From Phoronis australis (lineage: Eukaryota; Animalia; Phoronida): 64,000 bases of DNA. Below, one piece after another: positions 36,049 through 50,297 of the stretch (positions within the stretch are counted from its first letter, which is position 1; each line of letters begins with the position of its first letter). A program made the position numbers and the translations under genes. Where the stretch lies: NCBI GenBank assembly GCA_002633005.1, contig NMRA01000580.1, positions 1 to 64,000 on the forward strand, read 5' to 3'. The notes below the pieces were generated by a model that worked only from the letters and a program-made list of their open reading frames with translations, was not told the origin of the DNA and ran no database searches.

Positions 36049-38758
36049 TGTAACTAGGACAGTCTTCGTCTAATTGGATTTTTTATTGCCATTATATAGA
36101 GACATATGAGCATTATCCTATCTTGATAAACTTGTCCGGCGATTTGTATGTAATTGGATACGGATTGTAGAGGGGAGTAATAATTTTCTGCTTTACGCAC
36201 ATTCTTATTATACGGTATCGACGGAAATTATTTCCAAGGGCGCTAGGTATGTAGACGTACATGTATTGGTCAGGCATTCATTAGTTGCCAGTGGGAATAT
36301 TAGCGAATCGATTCTTTTCCGTTCTTTAGGGGCCTAATTGCTTGTTACGTATCCTGGAAAGCTTGACAGCGTTCGAATTACCACTTCTAAACTAATATGT
36401 GCTCGTCTTAAATGGAACCGACCAAGTAAGCATTGAACCCGCTTCCTGAAAAGAAGTAAACATAATTATCAATATTTTATAAGATCTGAAACAATTACAA
36501 CAATCGATTAAAATTCCTCTCTTTATATTTTTCAGGTAGCTGGCAGTTTCCTCGTATCTTTCGGAACATTCAGACATTGGCTATTGTACGATATACCACG
36601 TCGGCTAACATTGCTTGTGTTTACCAGTTACAATGCAACTTGAATCCCGCCTTTGTATTAGGTCAGTCTGTTTTCGTATTCCTGGGCCGTGCGCATATTT
36701 ATAAATCAAAACACGTCCAAAGATATACGTACAAGAAATCTTGTGTAGAAGGTTTACGCGCATTAAACTCTTACGTAACAGATCTAGTGCAGTAGGCGAG
36801 TTGTGTATTCCGCTCATTAGTGCAGCTAAAGGTGGCGCTCTGCGCTTTGTTCACAGACGCGAATTTTTATTGGACCCTCGTGGATCCAGGCTTGCTCGAT
36901 GCACTAGGTGGAAACGAATCATTCAATCTGCTATCGAACCCCCGCCGAGTCTCGGAGTAATGTTTTTCTCAAGGAACAATATAAGGTCGCTATGTATTTT
37001 ACATTTTCCACTTTTCATTAGCAGGCCCCCTGGCTCACTTTAGTGTTGCAAAATCGTTTTTAAGATTGAAAAAACTGCAAACGACTTGTTTTGATTCGCG
37101 AACATATCCTACCATCAGTCTGGCTGGAGCAGGAAAACAAACGTAACTTTAATTTACACCTCTCTTTTCATCCACCAACTTTGGACCATACACGTAGTTT
37201 CAGTGAAAACTTCATGCAAAGCCTGCGATTGCTGCAGTGAATGTCGGCTAACGTGACTTGCGACGGCGACGGACTCAGTCAGATTAGTTTTCACGCTTGA
37301 AATGGTTGCATCGATCGGCCCGCGACAGTCGGGGGATTATTTGTTGGAGTTCCGAATGACCAGTAATCGGTGCCCTTAAAGGCATGGTGAAATATACTTT
37401 GCGCGAGACGATTTCGTGATCATAGACATCGGCAGATTGATGTTGTTAAATGTGATCGCTACTTCGGATCTGACAGAAATCGCATGAACTCAGTGGAGCG
37501 AGTTCAGTCGACGACGGGATCGCCGAGCAGTAATCGATGCGACCTGCCGTTCCGTAGAAGGCAGATCGGACGTAAGAAAGCAAATTTTTTTTTTCCTGGT
37601 TTATGGGCAGAAATATAACACAGAGTATCAGACGTCTGAAAAATATTATCATGTGGGATTTTTCAATGAGTCGGCAGACGCCTAACCTGCCTTCTGCTCG
37701 GGCGGCATTCATGTGAACCGTTCACGCTTTTTAGTAGGCCACATCGAACAAAGAACTGTCCGGCCTCTTGGGTCCCATCTAGGAAGTGGTTAAGATGAAT
37801 CGTGTTTTCCCTCAATCGTACGGTAGGCGAAGTAGCCATTAATTTTTCTCTCAAAGATATCGGGTTTGAGGTATATATTTGACTGGCAACTCCGAAGAAC
37901 ACGACAAACGGTACGATGCACACGTGGCGAGACTATAGACTACTAAGCAGACTCGCTTGATCTCTGGTTGACATTCACGTTTCAGTTGGCGATACGCAAA
38001 TTCTAACGCTAGTAAAGAAAAATCACGTCGTGATAAAGTCAATTGACGAATCGACTGCCAGTAGGAGTGTGTTAAAATGTTGGATAGTTTTGCGTAGTTT
38101 GTCAAGTCACATTTAGAGTACAAGGCACAACAGATTGACTTGAGTGAACACCGTCGTATTACTTCTTGTATAATTTGACGGGTAACACCCATACGAAATT
38201 TCACAAAAGAAAGTCACGTAAGCAAAAATATACCCAGGATTCAATTTGGCCTAGGCCTACAATCGCACAACTCGAGCAGGATGCACTAGTCTACCAGCTG
38301 TTTTAAAACACAATCAGTGACAACCAAAACGAGTTGCCAGTAAATCACCGCCATACACACACCAGTACCGAACGAATCAACGTTACTAAATACAGCGTTC
38401 GTGCCGTCCGATCACAAGGCAGATCGAAAATCGGATCCGCCATCTAAAAAATCAAATGTCAACGCTCATTACTGAGATTTCTGATCTACACTGTCTTTCT
38501 CCCAAACCAAACGTCATACTTGCCGTTCTATCGGGGCGAGAAGGCCACAATCTCATGAGCGTAGTTGTAGTTGGGCTCTTTTCGCCTCTGGTCCCTTGCA
38601 CAGATCAACACTTTGCATATATTAACCAATTAGTGCCAATCGCTTGTAACACGGTATTCAGGGCTCAGAGGAACACCTTTGCTAGCCTTCGTTTCAAGGG
38701 ACTGATCTGCAGATCGAACGCTGTGTAACAGTAGACGGATTCAAAGAGGGGTCTGTGA

Positions 38759-39190
38759 CAGGTTGCATGACACAGTCCCGAATAGGGATTAACTAAGGTC
38801 CCTAAATCTTTTGCGTATTTGTGTCGTTCTTTAACAGATGTTATATTTTTCTGTAATGTCGTCTTTATATTGAGTTCCTCTTTGACCAATGACGTTTTTA
38901 ATGACGTTTTCTGATATGTAACAAAAACTTGGCCCTTAATTCACCGTAATTAATAATTAGGAATTTAGTTCCTAAATTAGGGGCGTTGCATGAAAAATCC
39001 ATACTTATTTTCAACAATATTAAGAATTCAACTTACAGTTCACTCTCCATTTTTATCAAGGCTAAAAAGTAAACTTAGTAATGAGACTCAAACAGCATAA
39101 GACGAACAATGTTTTCAAAAGTTCACAAATACACAGTAGATTTAGGGAACTCAGCCGGGTCCCTATATTGGGACTGTTTCATGCAACCGG
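38759..39190. mobile_element. MITE (~430 bp)
   Basis: TIR ggttgcatgacacagtcccgaataggga / tccctatattgggactgtttcatgcaacc; second copy at 11909-12290. Confidence 0.8.
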
Positions 39191-41109
39191 GCACTGACCT
39201 CTTTTCTACCTATTTGAAGCGACAAACAAAAAGTACGGGAAAATAGACGAATTCTATTTTCCATTTCATTTACAGCTTGGCACAGAGACCGGCAACGACT
39301 ATCAAAATTCATTACCGGTTTTCTACTCATTCTCTGTTATGTATAATTTCTTTTCAGAAACCTATCGTTTTATCCGACAGTTGTTGTCTGAAGCGATATT
39401 TGAGACCAGTCTGTTTTCAATAATTTGTATGGTGAACCACGCAGCGCTTTTTGTTTTCATCAGAAGTAGGTCAATTCTGGCCGGCTTGCCCTGTTATTGT
39501 TTCACAACGTGTCTGCAGACAAGAACGTCTTAGATTCAGTGTTGTCCAAAAGGTTTTTCTCCAACTCGACCGGTTATGACACCATATGTTTATGTCAAGT
39601 TGATGGTTTATCGGAAAACATTATCAAAACTAAAGATGACATCTTGAAGTCTAGTCGTTACACGTATGGAAAATGAAAATGGGTTTTTAGTTAACTATAA
39701 AAGCAGGAGTGAATGTCGCCGGGATGATATTTCTACACATGGCAAAACTCATTAAACTGAATGAGTTATTGAAAAGTGCACAAAAAGACAGCTTCAGGTA
39801 AATAAATTGTATTTTGATAACGGGCAACTGAGTCACGCGGCCCGTGAGAATGCCGTGGTATAAGCTTACTGATACGTGGTGTTTACCTTGGGCTTCAACA
39901 GTTTTTGTTGGCTCAACCGTGCACCGAGAACTGTTGGTATGGCGTTCGTTTGAGAGAAAAACAATCAAGATTTTTTTTCTGACATCTTCACGTACTGAGT
40001 AGGTCACCGTTCCTACTCAGCTATTGCCTCTCCACCGTCAAGGGTTATGTCTCACCGAATGGCGCCGCGAGAATGAAGAAACGTTTCTGACACATAAGCC
40101 CGGAGACGTTCAAGTTCATTCCGAACACGCCCATCTATCTTATTCTAGTAATTTCAAGAATTTTTTCTTTTGTTTCATGTGTCGACGTCAGTACTTCTTA
40201 AACGTTCGACATTTTACTTGAAATTTCAAAGTTCATAGTTGAAGAGCTCTTGCAAGCGGGGTCAGTATGATTCGGCAAATGACTGTGCAATGTATGAAGG
40301 TCAGATGTTGTTAACAGGCCCAGTTGATACCCCGGCAATGGTAAACAAATGAATTCATTTAATATATTAAACATATCAATTTGATATGCACATGAATAAA
40401 ATAATCATCTTGAAATACAGTGTAAAAATTACCCAAAATGGGTGGCTATTTCATGACTACGATTCGTTATTCAAGGACAAAAGCAGTAAACGCAGTTAGA
40501 ACAATGGCGGTAGTCTGTGCCGGAATATTAGGCTTAGGCCTACCCGTCTGTTGAAACCACCGTCAGTCATGTCCTCAACAAATCATGCCGGCCACTACGC
40601 GCTCAACAGTATGACTTACACAGTTGCTGTCGCCTGGGTTACGACTCGTTTCCTCAGCTTATCCTTCCGCAGAAAATCCTGAACTCAGAAAAGCAGAGAA
40701 TGATTATATGCGTCCGCACCACAGAAATTGTGCGTGTTGCTGCAGGATAACTTTCCGCCGTAACCTTTATGGCTATAATGTCAATTGAAAACACTGGCAC
40801 CGGGCACAAGACCAACTCTTTCGGTGAATTAAACACGACAAAGGGTAAAGTCGCAGGAATTGTGTTTAATATGAATAGAGTCAACGATTACTTACATTGT
40901 GGGTTCATGCTTAATATATTATTTTATTTTGTGTTCGTTGTACCGTGAGAAGGTTACATACAATGTCAAGTAAGGAACTGGTAAAGTTAACTAAATACAA
41001 AGGCGATGGACTTGTTTGGCCACAATACTATTAGAAGAAGTTAATGGGGTTATCGACCAAAATATACCCACTACACGCATTTGTTACTAAGTAAAAGAGC
41101 CAACGACTT

Positions 41110-41630
41110 TAGAAAGCTTTATGGGGTAGGACCTTTTGACAACTCTACGTATTTGCCAAATATCTACAAAACTATAGGGCTAAGGTAAAAGTCTACATAT
41201 TTTCTGAAAGTAGAAAGTTTGTAATTTCAATTTTTGACATTTGACCAATGTGGTACTAATTAGGTCACGTGATCACGTCGTTGTAAAATTTAACAAAAAT
41301 CAAGATACATTCATAGCAAAACATCGGTATCACGACCAAATTATATTTGAGGTACACGTAAGAGTTCAAGATGAGATCTCCAAAACGCTGTCATATTTTT
41401 CTAAATGTCGTTTCGTTTTCGTTTAATGTAACGTTAGAGGTTTTTCATGAAAATCATAAAAGTACCATTTTTGATAACTGTTCATGCATGTACTAATATC
41501 GTTGGAAGACAGTTCATAATTAAACAATAGTATCAGAAAGCTCCATTTGAATTCGATCAGCCATTTCTGAGATAATACTGTATGTCCCGAATTTATCCAA
41601 ATTTAAATATTTCTCTAGGGTTCTAGATAA
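41110..41630. mobile_element. Old copy of the MITE family at 22457
   Basis: Shared blocks ggacctt, gccaaatatc.acaaaa, tttctgaaa.tagaaag, atttaacaaaa, tttcatgaaaatcat in the same order. Confidence 0.55.
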
Positions 41631-43256
41631 CAAATGTTTTAACTAAAACAAGCTATTTATTTTATCTGCCTTTGATTATTGGTTATTTTAACGAACTTGT
41701 TGCACGTTCAACAGTTTTTGTGCAACTCGCAAAAAATCAGAAGGCGTCATTTTCATTTTGTTTGTTATTTATTATATATGTAACTCCTCTCTCATTCATT
41801 CACCGTCGTGTATCTGTTTATCTCGTTATAAGCATGTTAAGCAGGATGGCGTGTGAAAGTAAAATTTGCGCATTTGGACTCCATTTGCCAGGACATCGTC
41901 AACAGCGATTATTTCGCAACCCACTTCAATGAAACTACACCAGCAGAATACATACGCAATATTTCATTATAGGACTCATTACAAAAGTCAAATCGGTACT
42001 AGTCCACCCGAGGGTTTCCACACTTTAACACAACTTCATCTAGCGACAGTCCAAGGCATCCAACTGGACGTCCGGTGTCGGATTTGGACGCATTCAAGGA
42101 GGACGACCAAACTTGATTTTGGATGCTCAGTTTCACTGACATCAACTTCGATTTTTGGAGGCCCAATTTATTTTTGTGAACCAGCGCCAGCGGTGTCTGA
42201 GTGAATGGCGAGAACGGCGAGCCAGCGATTTTCATAAGGAACAATCGGACCGAACGGGATGAAAAGGCTAATCCCGGTGGGCTTTGTGGGGCCCACTCAC
42301 GAGTGTCCTGTTAAGTGTCACTTAGCGGGGATTTAGCACACTGGCCTTTATGCGAGTGCAGAGGATTATACAGCGGCGTAGAAGAGCGGTAACACCAGTA
42401 GATTTGGTTCCTGCAGTATCTTTTGTTGTTTTACATTTACCTGGGATCTCGCGATGTCCCAGTATGGCAGCTTCACTTGACGGGCCTACATTTGAGTGAT
42501 TGAATTCACGTTTTCTTATTTTGCTTAGGCTTTGCTAGGACTACCTCATGGTTAGCCCAATACATCAAAGATAACATAATTCCATTGAAGCTAGGCTTCA
42601 ATTATGTATGAGAGAATTTTATTTTGGCCGGGTTCGACGGGACGCCGGCCTGAATTTAAAAGACGGGCAAACATTTACAAAATTATTTAAAATGACGACT
42701 ATTTTCTTAATATTATCAGTTGGTCAACTAGAACGACCATCAGTCATTTCAGAAATAAGAAATTTACTGCGCAAAAAGTGCTTTCTTAGCGCAGCTTTCA
42801 ATATTCAGTTCGCCTCGTGAAACTGGGCAACAGTGTTAGAAATCTCAACAAAACTTTGAATGAAATTGCTTTTGACGATCCTAGTTGTTTCTTCAGCATT
42901 TCAAACTAAAATGTAGATGAACCCTATTGGATTATTTCAGTTCGGCCTATTGAAATTGAGCTCATCTCATTACCGACCTTACAAGGTGTTTCGTTGGCTG
43001 ATCCAATATTTACGGTTACCCCCAGTGAAAAATAATCATGCCGTTCACAACTCTGGTAGCGTCCGAAACAGAGTGCGCGACGCTTGCACAAGGAGTAATT
43101 CAGGAACCCCTTTAGACAGCCATTTTTCGTCACTGGCTTCCGTAATGATTGACATGCGCATTCGACATACATGCAGGCACGGGTCTGCCCCGGTCTGCGG
43201 AAAGGTCTTACAAACGTTCCAAATGCAGACGTTGACCCAGATACGACAGGCAATCC

Positions 43257-43365
43257 CAGGGGCGGATCCAAGATTTTTAGTTAAGGGGGCCTGCCTAGGA
43301 GGATTTTGCCCGAAAACATTCGCACGGGGAATGTCTCTCTTGCCTCCCCTCTAAATCCACCACTG
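43257..43365. mobile_element. Short hAT-like MITE
   Basis: caggggcggatcca ... taaatccaccactg, flanked by aatcc on both sides. Confidence 0.7.
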
Positions 43366-44654
43366 AATCCAATCCGAATCATGGTGTTAACATGATGTTA
43401 TGAACGTCCGACGGGTCAACTTTTAGCTGAGCAGGGGCAGTCATGATGGTTCAGCCAACGAAACGCCTTTTGTACGCGTGCCATGAACGATGGACATTTC
43501 AAAGTACCGGCGGATTTTTGCCGCCAATATATCCCATCGGTTCCAATGCGCTACCAACTTGAGAATAGATGATTCTCAACAGGAAGAATGAGTTTTTGAC
43601 AATCCTAAAAATATTGTGAATGACATAGTTGCCCACGTTTAACAATATCGATATCTTCTTGAGGAAAAATGGTTTCAACAGGCCTTACTCTCCCATCCAA
43701 TGGAAACGCTCGTGAATCGGTTTGTTAATCTACCTAATTAACATATTGGACGAAACGCAGACTCGCGTGTTTGTGGAATAGCTTCGTTCCAGCCTGAATG
43801 CGCAGCCGGCTTCGTGTAAGCCGAGATGTAGACATCTCTAAAATCCCCTGGTCATTTCTCCAGGTACATTTGCTCGTTCTTCTAAGGACGCTTTGTACCT
43901 CAAGAAGGCCGGAGACTGACCGACCGAAAAGCCATGCCAACCATAAACGGATGGTGTGAATAGACAGGGAGATATTTTAGACAGTGTTACTACACCACTA
44001 TCTCAAAGCGGCTTTATGAAGTTATTAAATTCTTGACTGTATTGACTTCCTCAATTGGAAAGTTACATGAGTGTATAGTCTCACAAGAGTCACTTTCTCG
44101 TTCAGAAAAAATATGCAGAGAATACATAAATCACTGTTTGTTTGTGATCTTGTTCTTATTCTGTACACAAAGGGTTGTTCTTAATAGCCAATGAGTAGTA
44201 TAATATGAAACAAGCATACAAAATGCAGGATGTTTGCATCACCGGGCTGCCCGCTTAGTTTTACTGCGAACACCAACACTCGTGGAGGTGGACAACAATC
44301 TAGATTAAAAAAAGATAATTGTTTTGTCGAAGGGGCCCATCTGAGCTCTTTTTGGGAAGGCCAGTCTTCTAGATCGGAACCGTCATGCTTCTGCAATTTA
44401 GAAACTGTGACAAAACCGATATCCTATTGCGTAACGTCCAATAATGTTTGTTGCCTTGCACGTGGAAAACCAGTATGTACACATTCCTGCTATGAAGTAC
44501 CACCGCACGATGATGCCAAGGGACTTAAGGGACAAAGTCTCATTACAATGACAACTTGTTAGTAATAATTATGAATTTGCTTCACGTACATGTAGATCGA
44601 GCCGTACCCTGTCAACTTCGTCCGAATGGTGTTTGATGATGGGATCGTGTAGAC

Positions 44655-45405
44655 TATTACCCCACCCCACGACCCCCTCGACCCAAGACCCCCTCGACCC
44701 ACAACCCCCTGGACCCNGCCTACACAAGCTCGCGAGACTCAATCTGAGCATAGAACAAGCGATGACTTGCAGGACCAACGAGTTGCGCCGTGAGCTCGGC
44801 TGGCTTTTACCATTTTCGTTTTGCAATTAAGAGAGTCGATTTGGCAAGTTTGAAAACCAAAAGCAGAAAAAACAACGCGAACATTAGAAATGTCTTTCCA
44901 GGCAGAGTGTAATCGTCTCGTCTGCTCTTCAGTGAATGGCAAGTTCAAGCTTTTTTGTGGGAGAGTGCGAGGAACCGACGAATATGTAATTTCTTCGGTA
45001 AATAGAGTTTGAAAAGCAAACTATTAACTAAAAAGTATAGCATCGTGATATGGAGTATATTGTAAACAAGTATATAACAGAACGCAAATAATAGAAATGT
45101 GAAATTAAGTACATTCACGTTAACGCTCTCTCCCTCGTGGAACTATTTTTGTGACAATTGCGCTCACAATTCGCTATTTCAGATTAGCGTTCTCACGCCA
45201 CTAGTTTGTTTTTAACCACCAGACTGGAGCCAGAGCAGACTCGCGTGTAAGTACGTCGTATGGGAAAGTCATTCAGCGATGTAATATGATTATGAAATGT
45301 AAAAAGCACAAAGATAATTTATTGCCACAGGTCGTGGGTCGAGGGGGTTGGTCGTGGGGTTTGTAGGTCGAGGGGGCCGGGCCGTGGGGGTTTTAGAACA
45401 AGCCG
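44655..45405. mobile_element. Element with inverted subterminal ~16-bp repeats, interrupted by N at 44717
   Basis: (gaccccctcgaccca)n on the left and (tgggtcgagggggt)n on the right, ending ttttagaacaagcc. Confidence 0.55.
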
Positions 45406-45917
45406 GCTTGATGTTATTCATCCGGGTAACAAGGGTGTCTAGAAGTAAATGTCTAGGCCTACTAAGGCTTATAGCAGCGAGAGCTCCCAAAACCTTAAAA
45501 TGGACCAAGAAACAAAACAGCAGGTTTGTTATCTGTTCTTTTGGTAGCGGCAGAGTACGGTAAAGTGCAAACGTTTTCAAATTTCCACTTAGGTTGAGGA
45601 TTGGTCGATGCCATGCATTCGTGTACACGTGTGTGCGTTTTCATTCTTTTAAATCCAGTACACGCCGATGATAATTAAGTTCACTATAAGCAGCCATCCG
45701 TCGTTGCTAAAAAATATGACATTTAACTAGAGTGTTTTTCGCACTAACAAAACCTCGACGAGCATGTTCATATTATTAGGGAAAAGTAGATCTAGACCTA
45801 ATAAAAACTTTGGTCAATGAAGAAAGTCTTCTCTTGTCAATCAGTGCCAATGGCGCACAGCCTCTTAGACGTCATACGAGCAATAAACTTGATGGAAAAG
45901 ATTTCCAAGGTTACAAG

Positions 45918-46040
45918 TCACTATTCCGAAGGATCACTTCTCCGAAAGTCCACTACTCCGAAATTCCACTGCTCCGAAGTTACTCCGAAGGTTCGCTACT
46001 ATCGAAAGTTCACTTCGAATGTCCACAAATCCGATACTAG
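45918..46040. repeat. ~16-bp degenerate tandem repeat (MITE subterminal-type)
   Basis: cactaYtccgaaRgtt repeated about 6-7 times. Confidence 0.75.
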
Positions 46041-46819
46041 AAATCTGCTAATTAGTCAGAACTGACACGAGAAAAGTTTTGTATTTGTGCACATTTAGTA
46101 ACTATTTAAAGGATGTGCAAAAGTGGAATAGTTCTTAAAACTTTGATTACTTTGTTTCCAAATGAGCTCAGTTCCAATCACTACCAATCGTGATTCTTGA
46201 ATCTAACGACTCCATTCAGCCTCAAGCAGGGGCAGCATCGGGTAGGACTACAGCGACCAATAGCGGCGGTTTTAAATTTAAGAACTGAATGGGACTTTCC
46301 GACTTCGTGAAGACTGGCAGGGACAGGGTAGCACATTTAGTTTCGACCCGGCCATGCGCGTGGTTCCGGCGGGTGAGCTTGAGGTGCAGCGGCCCTAAAC
46401 TGGCTCAGCCAATCTGTGAACTGATGCGACCTTGACGGATTCGATGGTAGATAATTCAATATTCCCACTTCATATTCAAGCATGTACTCATTTTCCGTGC
46501 TCGAAAGACATGCGGGCAATTTCGCATGCGCATGAAATCCGAGCGTCGTTTGAGCACCACCAAGTGCATCTAATAACCGAAGTGTCGTTTATTTTTGCAA
46601 GTAAAAGTGTATCTTTTACGGTCTTGCGTCAAGTCGGTTTTTGGTCCGCGTCATCCACCCGAAGAGTATATTTTTTCTAATATTCTCATTTTTAAAATCT
46701 CCAGGACATGAATTTAAGGCTTTTTGTTGTTGCGTTAAAATACAAAGTTTGTGCTCTTAGCCTCAGTAGTGAACATTTTGTGGGGAAATGAAATTCGACA
46801 TTTTTAGACTATTTAGGCA

Positions 46820-46977
46820 GCTAGACGGATCCAGGGGGATCAAGGGGGCCCGGACCTCTCCCTTTTCACTCGATTTTAGTGATATCAAATTTAGAATTTT
46901 CGAATTGCTGACTTGGACCCCCTTTTTAAAAAATCCTTGACCCGACCCCCTCTTTTAAAAATCCTGAATCCGCCCGT
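46820..46977. mobile_element. Degenerate MITE related to 43257
   Basis: cggatccaggggg ... aaaatcctgaatccgccc. Confidence 0.5.
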
Positions 46978-48973
46978 TAGGTTTACCCAGGCCCGTAGGA
47001 AGTGCAGAGGTGGCAAGTGTCCCAATTAATTTGCAGGTGCTTGATGATGGCTTCCCGACGTCCAGTAGATTCGGTCGAAAATGATACCGGGCAGGCACAA
47101 CAAAGATAAGAGCTACATTAAGATTAAATTTAAATTTTAAAACACATTTTTCAGAAACTATCAGTGCCGAGTTTAGGCTTTGAAAGGCCAACGGCTGATA
47201 CATGTGTGTTAGGGACTCACACTTTAAAAAAATCAAGCATGTATCATCCACACCCACTTGAAAAGGACAATTTACCATGCCCCAGTGTAACAAGTTAAGC
47301 ACTGTATATACCTGTAACCTATAAAATGCTAAAGAAACTGGTTGTGGCGCATTGTCCAAACTAAGCAACATCTTCACAACTTTCTAAAAACATGTTTCCA
47401 AATGTGCAGAAATAATGCAAGACGAAATCAATAGTCCTTGAAGAAAAATTGACGATAGGCGCAAATGAAGCTGTGCAGTTGTGGTACCCCAGGTGCTTTA
47501 TAACTGACCGGAAGCTCGGAGAAAATCTATTTATCACTGTTTCAATTTCTTGCTTCATTTTCAGTCTGTTTTTGAACTCTCAAGTTTCTTGCAGACACAC
47601 AGGGACATTGTTCTCACATGTTTATCATCTGTTTGAAGTTCCTAGTTGGTATTCCACTGAAAAGTGAAAATTTGCCAGCTGTAAATGCCGCAGCCTCAGC
47701 CACCAGGTGGCGAGACCATGTTGCCCACTAGTGGGCTCACCGACTTGAACTGCTGAACAATGTCGTGGCAATAGACACTTCGCTTGTCCTCTCGAAAACG
47801 GTCCGGTAAAGGAACGTTTTGTGAAAAAGGGAGCAGAAGGTACAAAAAGCAGAAATAGTCGCTTGACATTACTTGAGGTCCGAAGTTACAAGTGATGCTT
47901 TTTAATATACACTCTACCGGCGCAGGTCGGTGAATGGTGAGTAATCTGAAGGGATCTAAGTAAGATAATAACTAAAATACACGCTAGTGTTCGCTTACGA
48001 AGTATCTCATAAGCCAATATTAGCGCTTTATCTTAGTTAGACTTGGACAGATAGACAGGAGCTTGTAATATCTGGTATCAAAATAGCGACCATTTCAGCC
48101 GGTACTGACATTGTCAGCTCGATCACACGGCCTTCTTGCAAATTGTCGAACTATTTTAGATTCTATTCACGAAAAGTCGTTCATTTCCACGAGATCGGTG
48201 TGCCGACACGACGATAGAGACGATCTAGTCACCCTGTGAGTGCTTAGTCTCTAAATAACTCTTTTACAGACCCTCTAAATCAGTAGTTTGCAACAAAACT
48301 ACCACGCCACCTCTCGCAAATGTGTAGGAAACACACCCGAGTTCTCGTGGGGATTCAGTCAAATGGGTTGTTTTCTGACAACTTAACTCTTAAATGTGTA
48401 AACTGAAGCTTCATTGCACCCTCTTTCAGCAGCTGTCAGTCACGTTCAACGCATTTGGAATCCCAAAGAACCAAAACCAACGGGTGATGTGCGACATTCT
48501 CATGGTAAAATGATCATTGCTGCGTCACCAGACTGACGTATTTTGTAATTTGTAATTCCATGCATTCCATTTTCGAATTTCAGTGTTCACCCTAACTCAG
48601 CCCAGGCAAAATAAAATCAGCTATTCAGTTTTGATGCATTTTTAAATCTATTGAGGTTTTGTATGTTTTTCATTGTAACAGAAAACGTTCTATCCTCGTC
48701 ACAACGTTTTTGAGACAGACTCTATCAAGTAAAAGGCCTAATCTGATTTTCATTTTATATCCAGCTAAACAGGATGGAGTGCAGCTTTAATTCATGGGCA
48801 GGAAATGAATTAATTATCAACAGGGTACTTAATTCATTATTAAAATCATAAATGATTTAGGCATGCACTGTGGGAAACACTGTCTCCCATGCCAGTAATG
48901 ATGGCAATATTAATTACTATATGAATATCTGGGAGCCCAAAAACAGGATAACTACAATCAACATTCAACAGCA

Positions 48974-48979
48974 TTTATT
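48974..48979 (-). terminator. Candidate polyadenylation signal of CPVL
   Basis: AATAAA on the minus strand about 325 nt after the stop codon. Confidence 0.5.
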
Positions 48980-49022
48980 ATTGTTTATACAAGTTAACAT
49001 CATCAGTGGTGTCTCACCCAAT

Positions 49023-49154
49023 AACAGATTAATCAAACAGTAAACTAATGCCTTCCAAACAGGTCTAACAGATTAATCAAACAGTAAACTAATGCCTTCC
49101 AAACAGGTCTAACAGATTAATCAAACAGTAAACTAATGCCTTCCAAACAGGTCT
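49023..49154. repeat. Perfect 44-bp x3 tandem repeat in the probable CPVL 3' UTR
   Basis: aacagattaatcaaacagtaaactaatgccttccaaacaggtct x3. Confidence 0.95.
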
Positions 49155-49304
49155 GTAAAAGTATTCCGGCATAGTTTAGAACATGAGTATTGTGAACCAA
49201 AACAATCTCCAGTATACAGTCCCATCAAAATGATCGACAAATGAATGATTTGAGTTTCTACAGTTCTAAAATCCCTTGAATAATGTATATCTCAAATTAA
49301 TAGA

Positions 49305-49403
49305 TCATTTGAAGCCACGCCCACTGACAAACCTATCAATCATGTCAAAGGCTCTTTCTGGCTGGTCATACGGCAGTATGTGGCCACCTCCTCGAACAAA
49401 GAC
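49305..49403 (-). CDS. CPVL: CPVL-like serine carboxypeptidase (S10), coding exon 12
   Basis: VFVRGGGHILPYDQPERAFDMIDRFVSGRGFK* (catalytic His). Confidence 0.95.
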   Translation of the reverse strand, partial: VFVRGGGHILPYDQPERAFDMIDRFVSGRGFK

Positions 49404-49655
49404 CTGCAAATAAACATGTTCGACATTAAACCCTGAAAAATAAGATGGAACACAGCTCAGCCTATTCAATGGCAAGCAAGATGGTCTGCAACTCAGCACT
49501 TTAAAACAGTAACAGGAAATAACTATAAAGAATCAATAGTATAATGGTCTACAGAAATTCATGGCCAGTATATCTATAGCAATCAGAGTGCTTTCAATGA
49601 GTTCGCTTGATTGGTTTTACGGAGACACATTGCGATCTATTTTTTGTTATGATAC

Positions 49656-49838
49656 CTGGTAGAAGTTGTTCACTTGACGTGCATAACCAGCCACCTCTGT
49701 GTCTGACTGTTGTATCCTCCATATTGTTCTGTTGGCTGTCTGGTACTGTTGTTGACCCTTCCAAGGAATGGAGTCTATGAATGACTCGGTCAGGGGGTAT
49801 GCAATGATAATGTCCAACTGACCACTGTATATCATCAC
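49656..49838 (-). CDS. CPVL: CPVL coding exon 11
   Basis: VMIYSGQLDIIIAYPLTE...EVAGYARQVNNFYQ (catalytic Asp). Confidence 0.95.
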
Positions 49839-50075
49839 CTACAAAACATGTATATCATCACCAACCAAACAGTTATAACATGTATATCATCACCTACAAA
49901 ACATGTATATCATCACCTACCAAACAGTTATAATATGTATATCATCACCAACCAAACAGTTATAATATGTATATCATCACCTACAAAACATGTATATCAT
50001 CACCTACCAAACAGTTATAATATGTATATCATCACTTACCAAACATGTATATCATCACCCAACTAACAGTTATAA
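49826..50075 (-). repeat. 23/32-bp tandem array (9 copies) of the exon-11 3' splice junction
   Basis: Minus-strand unit (tataac)tgtttKgtag|gtgatgatataca; the terminal copy is the real junction. Confidence 0.95.
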
Positions 50076-50120
50076 AATTGTAGGTTTTCATGTGTATGAC
50101 TTGGAGGTAGTCAGAATTAC

Positions 50121-50297
50121 CTTATAACCAGCGTCCATGATAGTTGTGATCCAGGGTTTGGTGGAGTTCATTACATCATTGATAAGGGCAAGTTCCACTT
50201 TGTCGCCAGCGTTAAAGGTGAGATTACCCACATGGATGGAGCGCCGGATGTCAGATCGTGAAAAATACTTGTTGTATCGGTCAAATTCAGGAGGTTC
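50121..50297 (-). CDS. CPVL: CPVL coding exon 10 (copy B)
   Basis: EPPEFDRYNKY...IRRSIHVGNLTFN...KPWITTIMDAGYK. Confidence 0.9.

Noticed and set aside
36100-48900. Many 60-145-aa ORFs in the long intergenic region
   Set aside because: No recognisable domains or consistent splice-compatible chain; several overlap repeats
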